Source of the DNA: Nitrospirales bacterium | GTDB lineage: Bacteria > Nitrospirota > Nitrospiria > Nitrospirales > UBA8639 | Assembly: GCA_965223295.1 (NCBI GenBank) | Contig: CBDCWC010000003.1 | Coordinates: 1,568,001 to 1,632,000, forward strand | Reading direction: 5' to 3' | DNA: 64,000 bases | In this document: one piece after another, positions 29,401 through 39,193 of the stretch | How positions within the stretch are numbered: the first letter of the stretch is position 1 | Layout of the letters: each line of letters starts with the position of its first letter | Notes under the pieces: model-generated | Database searches by the model: none | What the model was told of the DNA's origin: nothing | What the model saw: only the letters and a program-made list of their open reading frames with translations | Translations under genes and position numbers: made by a program

Positions 29401-31072
29401 CTGCTACCCTTATGACTTCTTCTACCGTTGTAAGCCCTTTGAGCGCTTTCTGTATGCCATCTTGAAACATCGTAGGCATGCCTTGTTTATGAATAAGCGC
29501 CCGGAGGCTCCCCATGTCCATCCCATTCACAATGGGTCCGTGGATTTCGTCGGTAATTTCGATGATTTCATAGATTCCGGCACGTCCCTTATAGCCAGTT
29601 TTTGCACAAGAGGTGCACCCGTTTCCTTTCCAGAGTTGAGCCGGTGCGTTTTCAGGAAGTGTGACCTTGAATTCCCCTAATACTTTTGCCGAGTCCGTCC
29701 GTTCAACCTTGCAATCCGGACAAATGCAGCGGACAAGTCGTTGTCCGGCCACTGCTGCTAAGGCTGAGGCCAGGAGAAAGGGTTCGATGCCCATATCAAT
29801 GAGTCGTGGAATGGCGCCCAGCGCATCATTGGTATGTAAGGTGGAGAAAACCAAATGCCCGGTCAGAGCCGCACGAATGGCCAGTTCTGCGGTTTCGTGA
29901 TCACGAATTTCACCCACCAAGATGACATCAGGATCTTGCCGTAAGAGGGCGCGGAGGCCAGCTGCGAAGGTCATGTCAATATCAGGATTGATTTGTGTTT
30001 GGCGGATCATCGGCATTTGATATTCAATAGGATCTTCAAGCGTGAAGACGCTTTTTTCTTTGGCGTTAATATGGCGAAGTGCCGTGTAGAGGGTTGTGGT
30101 TTTGCCGCTTCCTGTCGGACCGGTGACCAAGATGATCCCGTGCGGCTTCTGGATGATCGATTTCATGCGAGATTGATCCTTCGACGTAAAGCCCAAGGCT
30201 CGAAATTCTAACTTGAGCGATCCTTTGTCCAAGATTCGCAGCACAATACTTTCCCCGAAATTCGTGGGGAGTGTCGAGACACGGAGGTCTATCCGGCGGG
30301 AGCCTAGGGCGAAAGCAATTCGACCATCCTGGGGTGTGCGTTTTTCGGTGAGATTCAAGTTGGCCATGAGTTTCATGCGAGCGATAATTGGCGCCTGGAG
30401 AGGCTTCGGAATTAACAGTTCTTTAGTCAGCACACCATCGACGCGATATCGAATTCGTAAATATTGCTCTTCCGGTTCAATATGAATATCGGTGACTCTG
30501 GCTTGAATGGCAGCGGTAATCAATTGATTGCAGAGTCGTATCATTGGGGCGTCGCGGCTGGCATCTTCGCCGATGTTTGACAAGCCTTGGGCGGACAACT
30601 CATCCAGCAATTGTTTAATCGATTCGCTATGGTCGTAGTGACGTTCAATCGCTTCTGCAAGTTCCTGGGCTGGGGCCGTTTGGGTGGCGACATTCAGGCC
30701 TGTGCGTCTTTCGATGGTATCCACGGCGATGATGTTCAAGGGGTCTGCCATGGCTAAATTTAAGACTTTTCCCTTCGTGCTGATCGGAAGCACTTGCAGT
30801 TGAGTGGCCAGTTCATAGGGGATGAGATCTAAGATTTCTGGAGGGATAAACGTGGTAGTAAGATCGACGATACCGGTCTGCGTTCCTTCAGCCAGATAGT
30901 GTGCCAACAGCTTTTCGGAAATAAAGCCGAGGTGAATCAACGTTTGCCCAAGCATGACTTTGTTACGCTTGGATTCACGCAAACCCAGATTGAGTTGTTC
31001 TTCAGTAATCCACCCATCCTGAACGAGAGTGGCACCTAATTGAGGTCGAGTAGGTGAAGAGGTATTTGACAT
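29393..31072 (-). CDS. PilB/GspE/MshE assembly ATPase
   Basis: GPTGSGKTTTLY, EDPIEY, LRQDPDVILVGEIRD, CPDC...CTSC; MshEN-like N-terminus. Confidence 0.95.
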   Translation of the reverse strand: MSNTSSPTRPQLGATLVQDGWITEEQLNLGLRESKRNKVMLGQTLIHLGFISEKLLAHYLAEGTQTGIVDLTTTFIPPEILDLIPYELATQLQVLPISTKGKVLNLAMADPLNIIAVDTIERRTGLNVATQTAPAQELAEAIERHYDHSESIKQLLDELSAQGLSNIGEDASRDAPMIRLCNQLITAAIQARVTDIHIEPEEQYLRIRYRVDGVLTKELLIPKPLQAPIIARMKLMANLNLTEKRTPQDGRIAFALGSRRIDLRVSTLPTNFGESIVLRILDKGSLKLEFRALGFTSKDQSRMKSIIQKPHGIILVTGPTGSGKTTTLYTALRHINAKEKSVFTLEDPIEYQMPMIRQTQINPDIDMTFAAGLRALLRQDPDVILVGEIRDHETAELAIRAALTGHLVFSTLHTNDALGAIPRLIDMGIEPFLLASALAAVAGQRLVRCICPDCKVERTDSAKVLGEFKVTLPENAPAQLWKGNGCTSCAKTGYKGRAGIYEIIEITDEIHGPIVNGMDMGSLRALIHKQGMPTMFQDGIQKALKGLTTVEEVIRVAGA

Positions 31073-31202
31073 GGGATTGTCCGGACTTTAGAGGCTATGA
31101 CCCCTGAGACTCAGATATTTGAATCCCAGGGATCTTCAGAGGATGTGCAGTGAAGGGGTCTGTCGACACCATGGACAGAGCTCACTAATGTTAGGCGGAT
31201 AT

Positions 31203-31889
31203 TTATTGGCTGGCCAGGTAAATCCGTACGGTGCCTCCAGCGTTGGCTACCCACTTGACTCGACCCTGTACTTGGCGATCAGCTGTCGTAGCTCCAATGC
31301 CCGGGTCCAAGATGCTATCAAGTTCATCGAAGGCAGCGACGGGGACGCCGGTGATATTCAGATAGGCCAATTGAGAGCCATCAGGGAAGTCGTTGGCACC
31401 ATTCCCGTCCAAGTCAAAATTGTTTTGATTAAAGGCCGGGGCCGCCCCGAAATTATTGACTACCGCATTCGGCATGGTCATAAGAGTTCCCAACCCAGGG
31501 GGATTATTGCTATTAAACTGTTCGAGATAGGGGCCTCGGAAACGAGGCCATAGGCCCGTTCCAACTTGTGCTAAGGGGTCTTGTGAACTCAATGTGAGGC
31601 GTCTTGGAAGAGAAAGCACATTTGATGTATTTCCGTTTCCTTGTGCTGATGCAGCACCGGCGGCATTCAACGAATAGATAGTGCCCACGTCCGCAAAATA
31701 ATTCGTAATAGCTGTGGTGTAGGTTCTTACGGCTGCGGCCGTTGACCGCGCATTGGAGGAAGCCACCAGTTGGAAAATTCGAGGCAACAGTAAGGCAATC
31801 AGAATAGCGATGATCGCCAAGACGCCGATCATTTCGACCAAGGTGAACCCTCGTTCTTGGTGTGTTCTGGTGAATAGTGCTCTAACCAT
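31203..31889 (-). CDS. Probable major type IV pilin
   Basis: ERG|FTLVEMIGVLAIIAILIALLLP; first gene of the locus, AGGAG SD. Confidence 0.88.
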   Translation of the reverse strand: MVRALFTRTHQERGFTLVEMIGVLAIIAILIALLLPRIFQLVASSNARSTAAAVRTYTTAITNYFADVGTIYSLNAAGAASAQGNGNTSNVLSLPRRLTLSSQDPLAQVGTGLWPRFRGPYLEQFNSNNPPGLGTLMTMPNAVVNNFGAAPAFNQNNFDLDGNGANDFPDGSQLAYLNITGVPVAAFDELDSILDPGIGATTADRQVQGRVKWVANAGGTVRIYLASQ

Positions 31890-31971
31890 ACGAATCTACT
31901 CCTTTAAGACGAGGTACTAAGAGTTCTCTCATGTGACAACGGTTTTCTTTTCGTTCACTGGTTGTTACTGA

Positions 31972-31999
31972 CTATCGGTATGGCAGAATAAATTCTTGA
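31972..31999 (-). promoter_or_regulatory. sigma28-like promoter
   Basis: TCAAG-N15-ACCGATAG upstream of the pilin. Confidence 0.65.
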
Positions 32000-32026
32000 A
32001 TTGGAGACGTTTTTTTGAAAAAACGA

Positions 32027-32656
32027 CTAGAGTTTTGAACGGGACTTCATATCCAGGAGCGCGATATCGGCGAATGGGTCTCCCAGTTGGGAGGCTTGGC
32101 GGAACAAGCGGAGGGCAGTTTTGGGTTCTGCTTGCCCCAAAGCCCCTTGAGCATAGATATAACCTAAGTGTACAAGGGCGGAAGAGAGTTGAGAGTCTAG
32201 GTCAATGGCCTTCAGGAACGCTTTCTTGGCCGTCTCGATATTGCCTGCATTTGTCAAGGCAATCCCCAACCCGACATAGGAAGGGGCGGCGTTGGGATTT
32301 TTCTTAATGGCTTGGTGATAAGCATTCACCGCAGCTTTGTATTTCCCTTTTAAGACAAGCCGCCAGGCATATTTGGTATAAGGTTTCACCTTTTGGGTTT
32401 TTTGTTCTGGTGTCGTGGTGACAGGAAATGATTGCTTTGGAGCTGAGGTCTGTGGAGGAGGTATAGATGGTGCCGGTGCACCGGGCGGGGTATGTTCTAA
32501 AGAGGCTGTGTTCTGAGGCTTCTGTGAATGCTGGCCCTTGTGGGAATCAGGTGCGGTTGAAGTGAAATCCAGATGGCTGCCTAACGCTGTTGAGGGGCCC
32601 AGACTGACAAAAATGAGCGCGACTGCCCAGATTTTATAGGTACCGTTGGTTTTCAT
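32027..32656 (-). CDS. Secreted TPR/Sel1-repeat protein
   Basis: Signal peptide, Pro-rich linker, TPRs, LGYIYAQG...ASQLGD. Confidence 0.8.
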   Translation of the reverse strand: MKTNGTYKIWAVALIFVSLGPSTALGSHLDFTSTAPDSHKGQHSQKPQNTASLEHTPPGAPAPSIPPPQTSAPKQSFPVTTTPEQKTQKVKPYTKYAWRLVLKGKYKAAVNAYHQAIKKNPNAAPSYVGLGIALTNAGNIETAKKAFLKAIDLDSQLSSALVHLGYIYAQGALGQAEPKTALRLFRQASQLGDPFADIALLDMKSRSKL

Positions 32657-32665
32657 CGTGTATAG

Positions 32666-32692
32666 GTATCGGTAAGCCTACGTAAGGCTTAA
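32666..32692 (-). promoter_or_regulatory. sigma28-like promoter
   Basis: TTAAG-N14-ACCGATAC, 9 nt before the ATG. Confidence 0.55.
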
Positions 32693-32910
32693 TACACGAG
32701 AATGTGGGGTCGTTACCAACGAGATCGATTGAGGAAAAACAGACAAGAACGATTAGCAGGCAGAGAATGAGCTAAATTTTGAGACGTAAAAAGTGAATGA
32801 TGTGAAGAGGGAGAGGGGAAAGAAAAATGTTGAGGGAAGAGAGGAGTAGCACCAGGAAATTTTTTCCTACTGTTCACTCCTCACCTCTATCTCTATGTTT
32901 GATGGTGGTC

Positions 32911-33240
32911 TTATGCCTGATCTGGAAAGGCGGCTTTTAACAAGGGTTGCAATTCCCCTTTTTCCTCCATGGGGCCTAAGACATCGGTGTCGCCATAAAA
33001 TTGGCCATTAATGAAGACTTTGGGCAATGTCGGCCAGTTCGTCATTTTGGACAAGGTTTCACGCTTCTCAGGGTTGGGGAGCACGTTGATCAGTTCATAA
33101 GGGTGACCAAATTTATTGAAAAACTCCATGGTTTCCACCGTAAATCCGCATTGTGGCGCCGTTTTCGTGCCTTTGCCATATATCAGTATTTTATGTTCGG
33201 CGATTTCTTTGTTGATTTCATCTTCAATCGGTGTGCTCAT
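32911..33240 (-). CDS. grxD: Monothiol glutaredoxin (Grx4)
   Basis: KGT..PQCGFT, WPTLP. Confidence 0.9.
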   Translation of the reverse strand: MSTPIEDEINKEIAEHKILIYGKGTKTAPQCGFTVETMEFFNKFGHPYELINVLPNPEKRETLSKMTNWPTLPKVFINGQFYGDTDVLGPMEEKGELQPLLKAAFPDQA

Positions 33241-33245
33241 ACAGG

Positions 33246-33494
33246 TTATCCTCCTTGGGCTTCATTTTTAGTTTTGGCCTGAATTTCAAGTGCATGGATG
33301 CGTCCGTCCTTCATGGGTTCGTCAAGGGCTTGATAGATCATCCGATGGCGGTCTAGCAAGTTTTTTCCTTCAAAAGCATCGGAAATGACTGTGACCGTAA
33401 AATGATCCATGGTCCCCGTGCGGTCAAGGACAGAGACTTTGGCATCGCCTAGCGATTCTTGAATATGGGTACTGAGGGCTTCAAATGTCATCAT
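33246..33494 (-). CDS. bolA: BolA-family protein
   Basis: DHF.V.VISDAFEG..LLDRHRMIY...IHAL; start reset to MMTFE; adjacent to grxD. Confidence 0.9.
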   Translation of the reverse strand: MMTFEALSTHIQESLGDAKVSVLDRTGTMDHFTVTVISDAFEGKNLLDRHRMIYQALDEPMKDGRIHALEIQAKTKNEAQGG

Positions 33495-33654
33495 AGTCGT
33501 GTCGTTATCCTCATAAAAATGATTTGCTGTGTAAGAATCACTATACCCGAGCCTGAAATTTCTACGCAATGTGGAATAGTAAGAAGTGAGAGGTAAGGAG
33601 TCGGGAGGAAAACAGGGAAGTGAGAGGTTATTCCTCCTATTGAATCCTGTCTCT

Positions 33655-34398
33655 TTATTCCTCAGTTCCCACGTTTTCCCCCCCAGAATACAAAACCGTT
33701 TGAAGAAATGTGCTAAGACCTTCGAGCACTGGTATGGGAATTTCATGACCGCCTGGGAATTCGACCCAACTCACGGACAGCCCCGCATTCTGGAGATGAT
33801 CATGGAGTTCTTGGGCCATCGAAAACGCCAAGATGGGATCATTGATACCATGACTTTGAAATACTGGCAGCCCTTTGCGTGTCGGTAAGCAGGTCAGCCA
33901 TTCCTGTTTAGCAATGAGCGTGCCGGAGAGGAGCGCTAAACCCGCAAAAGGTATATCGGAGTGGAGTACCAGGTCGGTCGATAGCATAGCTCCTTGAGAA
34001 AACCCACCTAAGACCAGTGATGTCGCAGGCACCGCTAAGGACTTCGTGGCAAGGGTCAAGACTTCTTGTATCTGCGTGCGTGCTGGGGCTAGCCCGCGCG
34101 GAACCTCTTGTGATAATTCCTCCCACTTCCCTTGGGCGCGGGCTTGGGTGATGCGTTCCATGTCCAACATCCACCAGGCTCTGGCGTCTCCGAAGCCCAT
34201 ATCCAATTTGATCGGCGCGGCCGGAAAGAGAAATCTGACCTCATCTGGAACCTTGAGATAGCCCCCCAAGGCGACCAAATCATCTCCTGGAGCCCCAAAT
34301 CCATGCAAGAGAACCACAAGAGGACCTTCGCCGCTTCCTTGGCGGTCGAGACCACCTGTAATGCAGACATCCAATCCGGCCCAATGTTCGTGTCTCAT
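33655..34398 (-). CDS. Phospholipase/carboxylesterase (alpha/beta hydrolase)
   Basis: LHGFGA, GFSQG, HG..D, GGHEI. Confidence 0.9.
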   Translation of the reverse strand: MRHEHWAGLDVCITGGLDRQGSGEGPLVVLLHGFGAPGDDLVALGGYLKVPDEVRFLFPAAPIKLDMGFGDARAWWMLDMERITQARAQGKWEELSQEVPRGLAPARTQIQEVLTLATKSLAVPATSLVLGGFSQGAMLSTDLVLHSDIPFAGLALLSGTLIAKQEWLTCLPTRKGLPVFQSHGINDPILAFSMAQELHDHLQNAGLSVSWVEFPGGHEIPIPVLEGLSTFLQTVLYSGGENVGTEE

Positions 34399-34504
34399 AA
34401 GAATGGGTAATGTATTACGGTGAGGAATTTACGAGGTTGGGTCTGAAGTCGAAAGGGAGGTCAATACTGATTCAGTGCTGCGCGGTGATATTTTTCCAAA
34501 AAAA

Positions 34505-34684
34505 TTAATGACCCATTTTGGGAGCGCCGGCGTTTGCCCCTTGAGTAATGAGCGGAATGCGTAAGACTTGGTGGCAATGATTGCAGACGACTTTCCATGT
34601 ATTCTCATCCGCATATTCGACTTCGTCTTCTTTTTTCCAAAACAACTTGTTACATTTGGGGCATTTGCGAACGAGCATCGACAT
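34505..34684 (-). CDS. 59-aa zinc-ribbon protein (not in ORF track)
   Basis: GGAG SD; MSMLVRKCPKCNKLFWKKEDEVEYADENTWKVVCNHCHQVLRIPLITQGANAGAPKMGH. Confidence 0.75.
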   Translation of the reverse strand: MSMLVRKCPKCNKLFWKKEDEVEYADENTWKVVCNHCHQVLRIPLITQGANAGAPKMGH

Positions 34685-34760
34685 AGAAACAGCTCCATGC
34701 GAATGATAGAAAATTTAGAGTGGACTTAGTGTAATATATCTTGCCACAATCTGCCAACGC

Positions 34761-35174
34761 ATGATCAGGTATTCCGATTCCCACACATTCGATTCGCAAC
34801 AACTTCTGGCGTTATTTGAACAAGCCGATTGGGCAAAGGGCCGTAGTCTCGACGATACTCAGCAGATGTTGGGTGAGTCCGATGTGATTCTCTCGGCTTG
34901 GGATGGCACCAAATTAGTGGGATTTGGTCGTGTCCTCACCGATTATGTCTATCGGGCGTCCATTTGGGATGTCATTGTGGATGTGAAATATCAGGACCAG
35001 GATATTGGAAAAGGCCTGGTTCAGAGGATTCTCTCTCATGCTTCGTTGGCTCGTGTGGAATTGTTTTGGTTGTGTACCAGGCGGTATCAAGGCTTTTACG
35101 CGTCACTAGGGTTTTCGGACAAGGAACAGACTGGCATGGTGTGGGATCGCCGAAAACAATGTTCACGTTCCTAG
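34761..35174 (+). CDS. GNAT N-acetyltransferase
   Basis: LVGFGRVLTD...DVIV..YQ..IGK...FYASLGF. Confidence 0.88.
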   Translation: MIRYSDSHTFDSQQLLALFEQADWAKGRSLDDTQQMLGESDVILSAWDGTKLVGFGRVLTDYVYRASIWDVIVDVKYQDQDIGKGLVQRILSHASLARVELFWLCTRRYQGFYASLGFSDKEQTGMVWDRRKQCSRS

Positions 35175-35236
35175 CCCTAGCGAAGATCTTTTTGTTGGTG
35201 GCACCGTAGCCAAAATCTCATGTTTATGTTGACAGG

Positions 35237-36418
35237 ATGTCACGAATGATTGTGGTTGGACTCATGTCCGGGACGTCGGCCGATGGCGTGGATGCCGCCG
35301 TCGTGAATATCCGTGGAACTGGGCAACGCTTAACGATCAGGCTGCTCAGGCATTACGGCTATTCCTATCCTCCTCAATTGAGACAGCGTATCTTGCAGGT
35401 AGCTGAACGTGGAACGGTTGCCGAAATTTGTCATCTTCATACGCTGTTGGGAGAGATCTTTGCGAAAACGGTTTTCAAGGCAATATCTGAAAGCGGCATC
35501 CGGCCAACTCAGGTGAAATTGATCGCCTCTCATGGCCAAACTGTTCATCATCTTCCCATTCCAATTGTGGAGCGAGGAGTCGGATCCATTCGGTCAACGC
35601 TTCAGATTGGTAATCCAGCCGTTATTGCTGAACGCACAGGTATTACGACTGTTTCAGATTTTCGCGCTCGTGATATGGCAGCTGGTGGGGAAGGCGCACC
35701 GTTAGTTCCCTACACGCATTTTCTGGTGTTTCGGCAGAAGAATGTGAGCCGTTGGGTCGTGAACTTAGGCGGCATCGGGAATGTGACGGCGCTTCCCCGT
35801 AGTGAACGATTAGCTGACGTAAAGGCTTTTGATACCGGGCCCTGTAATATGTTGTTGGACGCCCTCGTGATGACCGAGACCCAGGGCCGGCAAACGATGG
35901 ATCGTGGAGGACGGCTGGCGCAACGCGGACAGGTGCATTCGGGGCTTTTGCGATGGTTGTTGACTCATCCGTATTTGGAGCGGCAACCACCAAAATCCAC
36001 AGGGCGTGAACTTTTTGGAAAAGCCTACGTCAAAAAAGTCTTGGCTCAGTCCCGACGGTGGCATCTGTCTCTTCAGGATTTGTTAGCGACTTGCTGTCAG
36101 TTTATTGCTCGTACAATGAGCGATGCCCGGCAATGGACTCAGCAGGTACCGGGAGATGTTGTCTGCGGCGGCGGCGGGGTTCGTAACGCTCGTCTTTGGA
36201 AAGAACTTCAGCAGGTATTTGCTCCCATACCCGTGCGGACGATGGACGACTGTGGATCTTCAAGCCAGGCCTTCGAAGCGCAAGCCTTTGCGGTATTGGC
36301 CTATCAAACTGTTCATGGTGAATGTACCAATGTGCCCCGAGTCACGGGTGCCCAGCATCCCGTTATTTTAGGGTCCGTGACGCCTGGCAGCTTTCGTTCT
36401 CCAAAAAAATGGAGTTGA
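35237..36418 (+). CDS. anmK: Anhydro-N-acetylmuramic acid kinase
   Basis: GLMSGTSADGVD, SHGQT, GGEGAPL, FDTGP. Confidence 0.95.
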   Translation: MSRMIVVGLMSGTSADGVDAAVVNIRGTGQRLTIRLLRHYGYSYPPQLRQRILQVAERGTVAEICHLHTLLGEIFAKTVFKAISESGIRPTQVKLIASHGQTVHHLPIPIVERGVGSIRSTLQIGNPAVIAERTGITTVSDFRARDMAAGGEGAPLVPYTHFLVFRQKNVSRWVVNLGGIGNVTALPRSERLADVKAFDTGPCNMLLDALVMTETQGRQTMDRGGRLAQRGQVHSGLLRWLLTHPYLERQPPKSTGRELFGKAYVKKVLAQSRRWHLSLQDLLATCCQFIARTMSDARQWTQQVPGDVVCGGGGVRNARLWKELQQVFAPIPVRTMDDCGSSSQAFEAQAFAVLAYQTVHGECTNVPRVTGAQHPVILGSVTPGSFRSPKKWS

Positions 36419-36458
36419 TGACCACAGATTTTTTCCCCTCGCGTTAGTGGAATACTTC

Positions 36459-36986
36459 ATGTCCAATAGTGGATTGTCTGTTCTTTTCTTAATCATCCTG
36501 CTCTTAGGAGTGGGCTTCCTCCTGCATTGGGTCTGGCGTCGTCCCGTGTCTGCCGATTCGTCTCGAACAATACTCTCGGAATCGTCAGAAAGCGAGGTAA
36601 CTCCTCGTCCATTAATGACGGCGGAAGAAGCCACCTTGTTCAATTTAATTCGATTGGCTGCTCAAGATTATTTTCTCGTCTTGGTCAAGTTGCCGGTTTT
36701 GCAGGTTATCTCGGTTCGAGATACGGATGAATTGGCGCGAAAGACACTTATGCGGACGATTCAACCGGTACGTTTGGATGTCATATTGGTCCATCCTGGT
36801 AGCCTTCAAACAGAGACTGTGGTGCATTTTCAAAAAGATGAAGAATCTCAACAGGTAGAGAAACGTGATCAGGTTGTAGAAACCGTTTTGAAAGCTGCCG
36901 GCATCAAGGTGGTGGGGCTGCGGCTTGATCAGAGCTATTCCGTTGAACAAGTCATGGCGAAGTTGGGGCTGGAAGAAGAGGAATAA
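36459..36986 (+). CDS. DUF2726-like membrane protein
   Basis: N-terminal TM, RPLMTAEE...RD..V..VL..AGI. Confidence 0.7.
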   Translation: MSNSGLSVLFLIILLLGVGFLLHWVWRRPVSADSSRTILSESSESEVTPRPLMTAEEATLFNLIRLAAQDYFLVLVKLPVLQVISVRDTDELARKTLMRTIQPVRLDVILVHPGSLQTETVVHFQKDEESQQVEKRDQVVETVLKAAGIKVVGLRLDQSYSVEQVMAKLGLEEEE

Positions 36987-37014
36987 AAGGTCATGACCAT
37001 CTGTGTCATGGATT

Positions 37015-37632
37015 CTATGGTGTGATGATGGGAAGGATTGATTGGAATGTGGAGACGCCGGATTCAATAATGTGGTCATTTCCGTTTTCGAGATTTTTGA
37101 TCGGGAGAAACCGAGCGATCTTAAAAAATGTACGGTGGTCTAAGACAGCGGCAATTTCCGAACGGCGGGTTTTAGTAATGTCTATGGTCAACCCTGCTCC
37201 AGCTTTCCATTCCCATATTGATGAACTCAAGCACAAGCTGAGGTGCTGGTCAGCCACTTCCGAGAATCGGTTAAAGAGGTTTGTGCGATAGTCTTTGACG
37301 AGTGGACCTTCAACAATCAAGGCAAAGACAAGATGATGGCCCCACCAACAGAGCGAACGAAATGCGAATTTGTCTTGCCGCGTGTAATATCGAGGGAAAT
37401 CTAAGTATTGGTAAGGACAATCTTCCAGGTGTTCGCCTTTGACGAATTGGACCGCCTCCGGATCAAACCCTTCTGGGGCCAGGAGTGGGTGATTGGCCAA
37501 CTCGGATTGTAACAACCGATGAAGTTCCTCCAGCGTCTGCTTGAGCTTGACGGAAATCGCAGCCTTTTTTAGAAAAAAATCGTGATCGGCAAAAACATGC
37601 CATTCATCCGCGGTCAATGAATCATTGTCCAT
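37015..37632 (-). CDS. Conserved hypothetical protein
   Basis: Long ORF with KGE...PY.YLDFPR...FR...WWG; start uncertain. Confidence 0.7.
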   Translation of the reverse strand: MDNDSLTADEWHVFADHDFFLKKAAISVKLKQTLEELHRLLQSELANHPLLAPEGFDPEAVQFVKGEHLEDCPYQYLDFPRYYTRQDKFAFRSLCWWGHHLVFALIVEGPLVKDYRTNLFNRFSEVADQHLSLCLSSSIWEWKAGAGLTIDITKTRRSEIAAVLDHRTFFKIARFLPIKNLENGNDHIIESGVSTFQSILPIITP

Positions 37633-37763
37633 GGTTTCTATTCCCTTGCCCTCGAGGGCTTGGCCTTGAAGAAAGGGCAAGGGAAGGGTGAGAGTGAAGA
37701 CTTCATCAATTCAAAAGTTTCTAAGAGGTGCGTCAATGATGCCTTTAGGAAGTTTCAAGAACG

Positions 37764-38540
37764 ATGAAAATTGCCACATATAATGTGAATTCACTTCGAA
37801 AACGAATTGGCATTCTGCATCCTTGGTTGCGCCGACATAAGCCGGATGTCATGTGTCTTCAAGAAACGAAAGTCCAAGATCAGGATTTCCCTTTAAACGC
37901 TTTTGCCGATTTACCCTATGTCATCCATTATTGCGGGCAAAAATCATACAACGGGGTCGCTATTTTTAGCCGAACCGAGCCGGAAGAAGTGGCCTTTGGG
38001 TTTCAAGATGGTGAAGCGGAGCAAGAGTCTACACGTCTGGCCCGAGTCGTGATACAAGGGATCCCGATTATCACGACCTACATTCCTCAAGGCTTTGCCC
38101 TGGATTCTCCAAAGTATATCTATAAGCTTGAATGGTTTCAGCGGTTAAAGAAATATTTTTCGAAAAACCTTTCCATCAAAAAACCGGCCATCTGGTGTGG
38201 GGATATGAATGTGGCTCCGGAACCCATTGATGTCCATCATCCTGAAAAGCATCTCAAGCATGTCTGTTTTCATGAAGATGCGCGGAAGGCCTATGCGGAT
38301 ACCGTATCATGGGGATTTGTGGATGTGTTCCGTCATCATTATCCACGCCGCCAGCAATTTACTTTTTGGGATTATCGACGTCCAGATGCGTTGGAAGCCA
38401 ACCGTGGGTGGCGTATTGATCATATGATGGTGACGCCACCTCTTCTCTCATATTCCCGGACTATTAAAGTGGACGTAAACGCACGAAAGGCTGAACAGCC
38501 GTCGGATCATACCATACTCTGGGCAGATTTTTCGGTGTAG
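37764..38540 (+). CDS. xth: Exodeoxyribonuclease III
   Basis: ATYNVNS, LQETK, GDMNVA, GWRIDH, PSDH. Confidence 0.95.
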   Translation: MKIATYNVNSLRKRIGILHPWLRRHKPDVMCLQETKVQDQDFPLNAFADLPYVIHYCGQKSYNGVAIFSRTEPEEVAFGFQDGEAEQESTRLARVVIQGIPIITTYIPQGFALDSPKYIYKLEWFQRLKKYFSKNLSIKKPAIWCGDMNVAPEPIDVHHPEKHLKHVCFHEDARKAYADTVSWGFVDVFRHHYPRRQQFTFWDYRRPDALEANRGWRIDHMMVTPPLLSYSRTIKVDVNARKAEQPSDHTILWADFSV

Positions 38541-38602
38541 CTGGATGAATCGTTCAAGAGACAGGGCTGCCTCAGAAAAATGCCACGCTCAGGGGAAGAG
38601 AA

Positions 38603-39193
38603 TTACTTTTTGTTGCCTGTTCGAGATTTTCGTTCGGGAGGCAAGTTCTCTAAGGGAATAAACACCGCACAGGCCACAACCGTGGTCCAGAGATTGGGTT
38701 TGCCGATCGCTGATTGAGTAATATTTTGTGTTCGGACGATATCATTGCCCATTTTGAACACTTGTTTTCGCTCGTTCCAGGCCACATTCGGATCGAACTT
38801 AATGCCCAGCGTCGTCGCTAACATTTGTGCCGCTAAGTCTTCAGTATATTCCCCTGCTTCTTCGTCGGTTTCCCCGTAAGCATGATGTTCTGATAAGTAG
38901 CCATAATTATACTTTCGGCCTGAGGGAACGGCGACGCCAACGGAGGAAGAAATGAGTCGGTTCCGTTCGTTTGTGTCGGTTCGCGCCATTACGCAATAGG
39001 TGATTTCTCCGGGGTTCAATAATTTTTCCCCGCGTTTGCGAGGAATAATCTTGCAATCTGGCGGGAGGATGGACGACACGCTGACTAAGTTACAGTACGC
39101 AATCCCTGCACTCCGTAAGGCTTCTTCAAAAGACGTGAGCTTTTCTTTGTGAATACCCACACCTTTGGTGAGAAACATATGAGTTGGGACCAT
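38603..39193 (-). CDS. pdaD: Pyruvoyl-dependent arginine decarboxylase
   Basis: [23 protein letters not shown] (Ser-Ser self-cleavage site), [14 protein letters not shown] before MVPTH. Confidence 0.9.
   Translation of the reverse strand: MVPTHMFLTKGVGIHKEKLTSFEEALRSAGIAYCNLVSVSSILPPDCKIIPRKRGEKLLNPGEITYCVMARTDTNERNRLISSSVGVAVPSGRKYNYGYLSEHHAYGETDEEAGEYTEDLAAQMLATTLGIKFDPNVAWNERKQVFKMGNDIVRTQNITQSAIGKPNLWTTVVACAVFIPLENLPPERKSRTGNKK

Noticed and set aside
33495-33746. N-terminal extension of BolA in the ORF track
   Set aside because: Runs through a heptamer repeat tract and overlaps the esterase gene; BolA similarity begins at MMTFE.
34429-34698. 89-aa ORF from the track
   Set aside because: An overlapping frame gives a better gene (SD plus two CxxC motifs).
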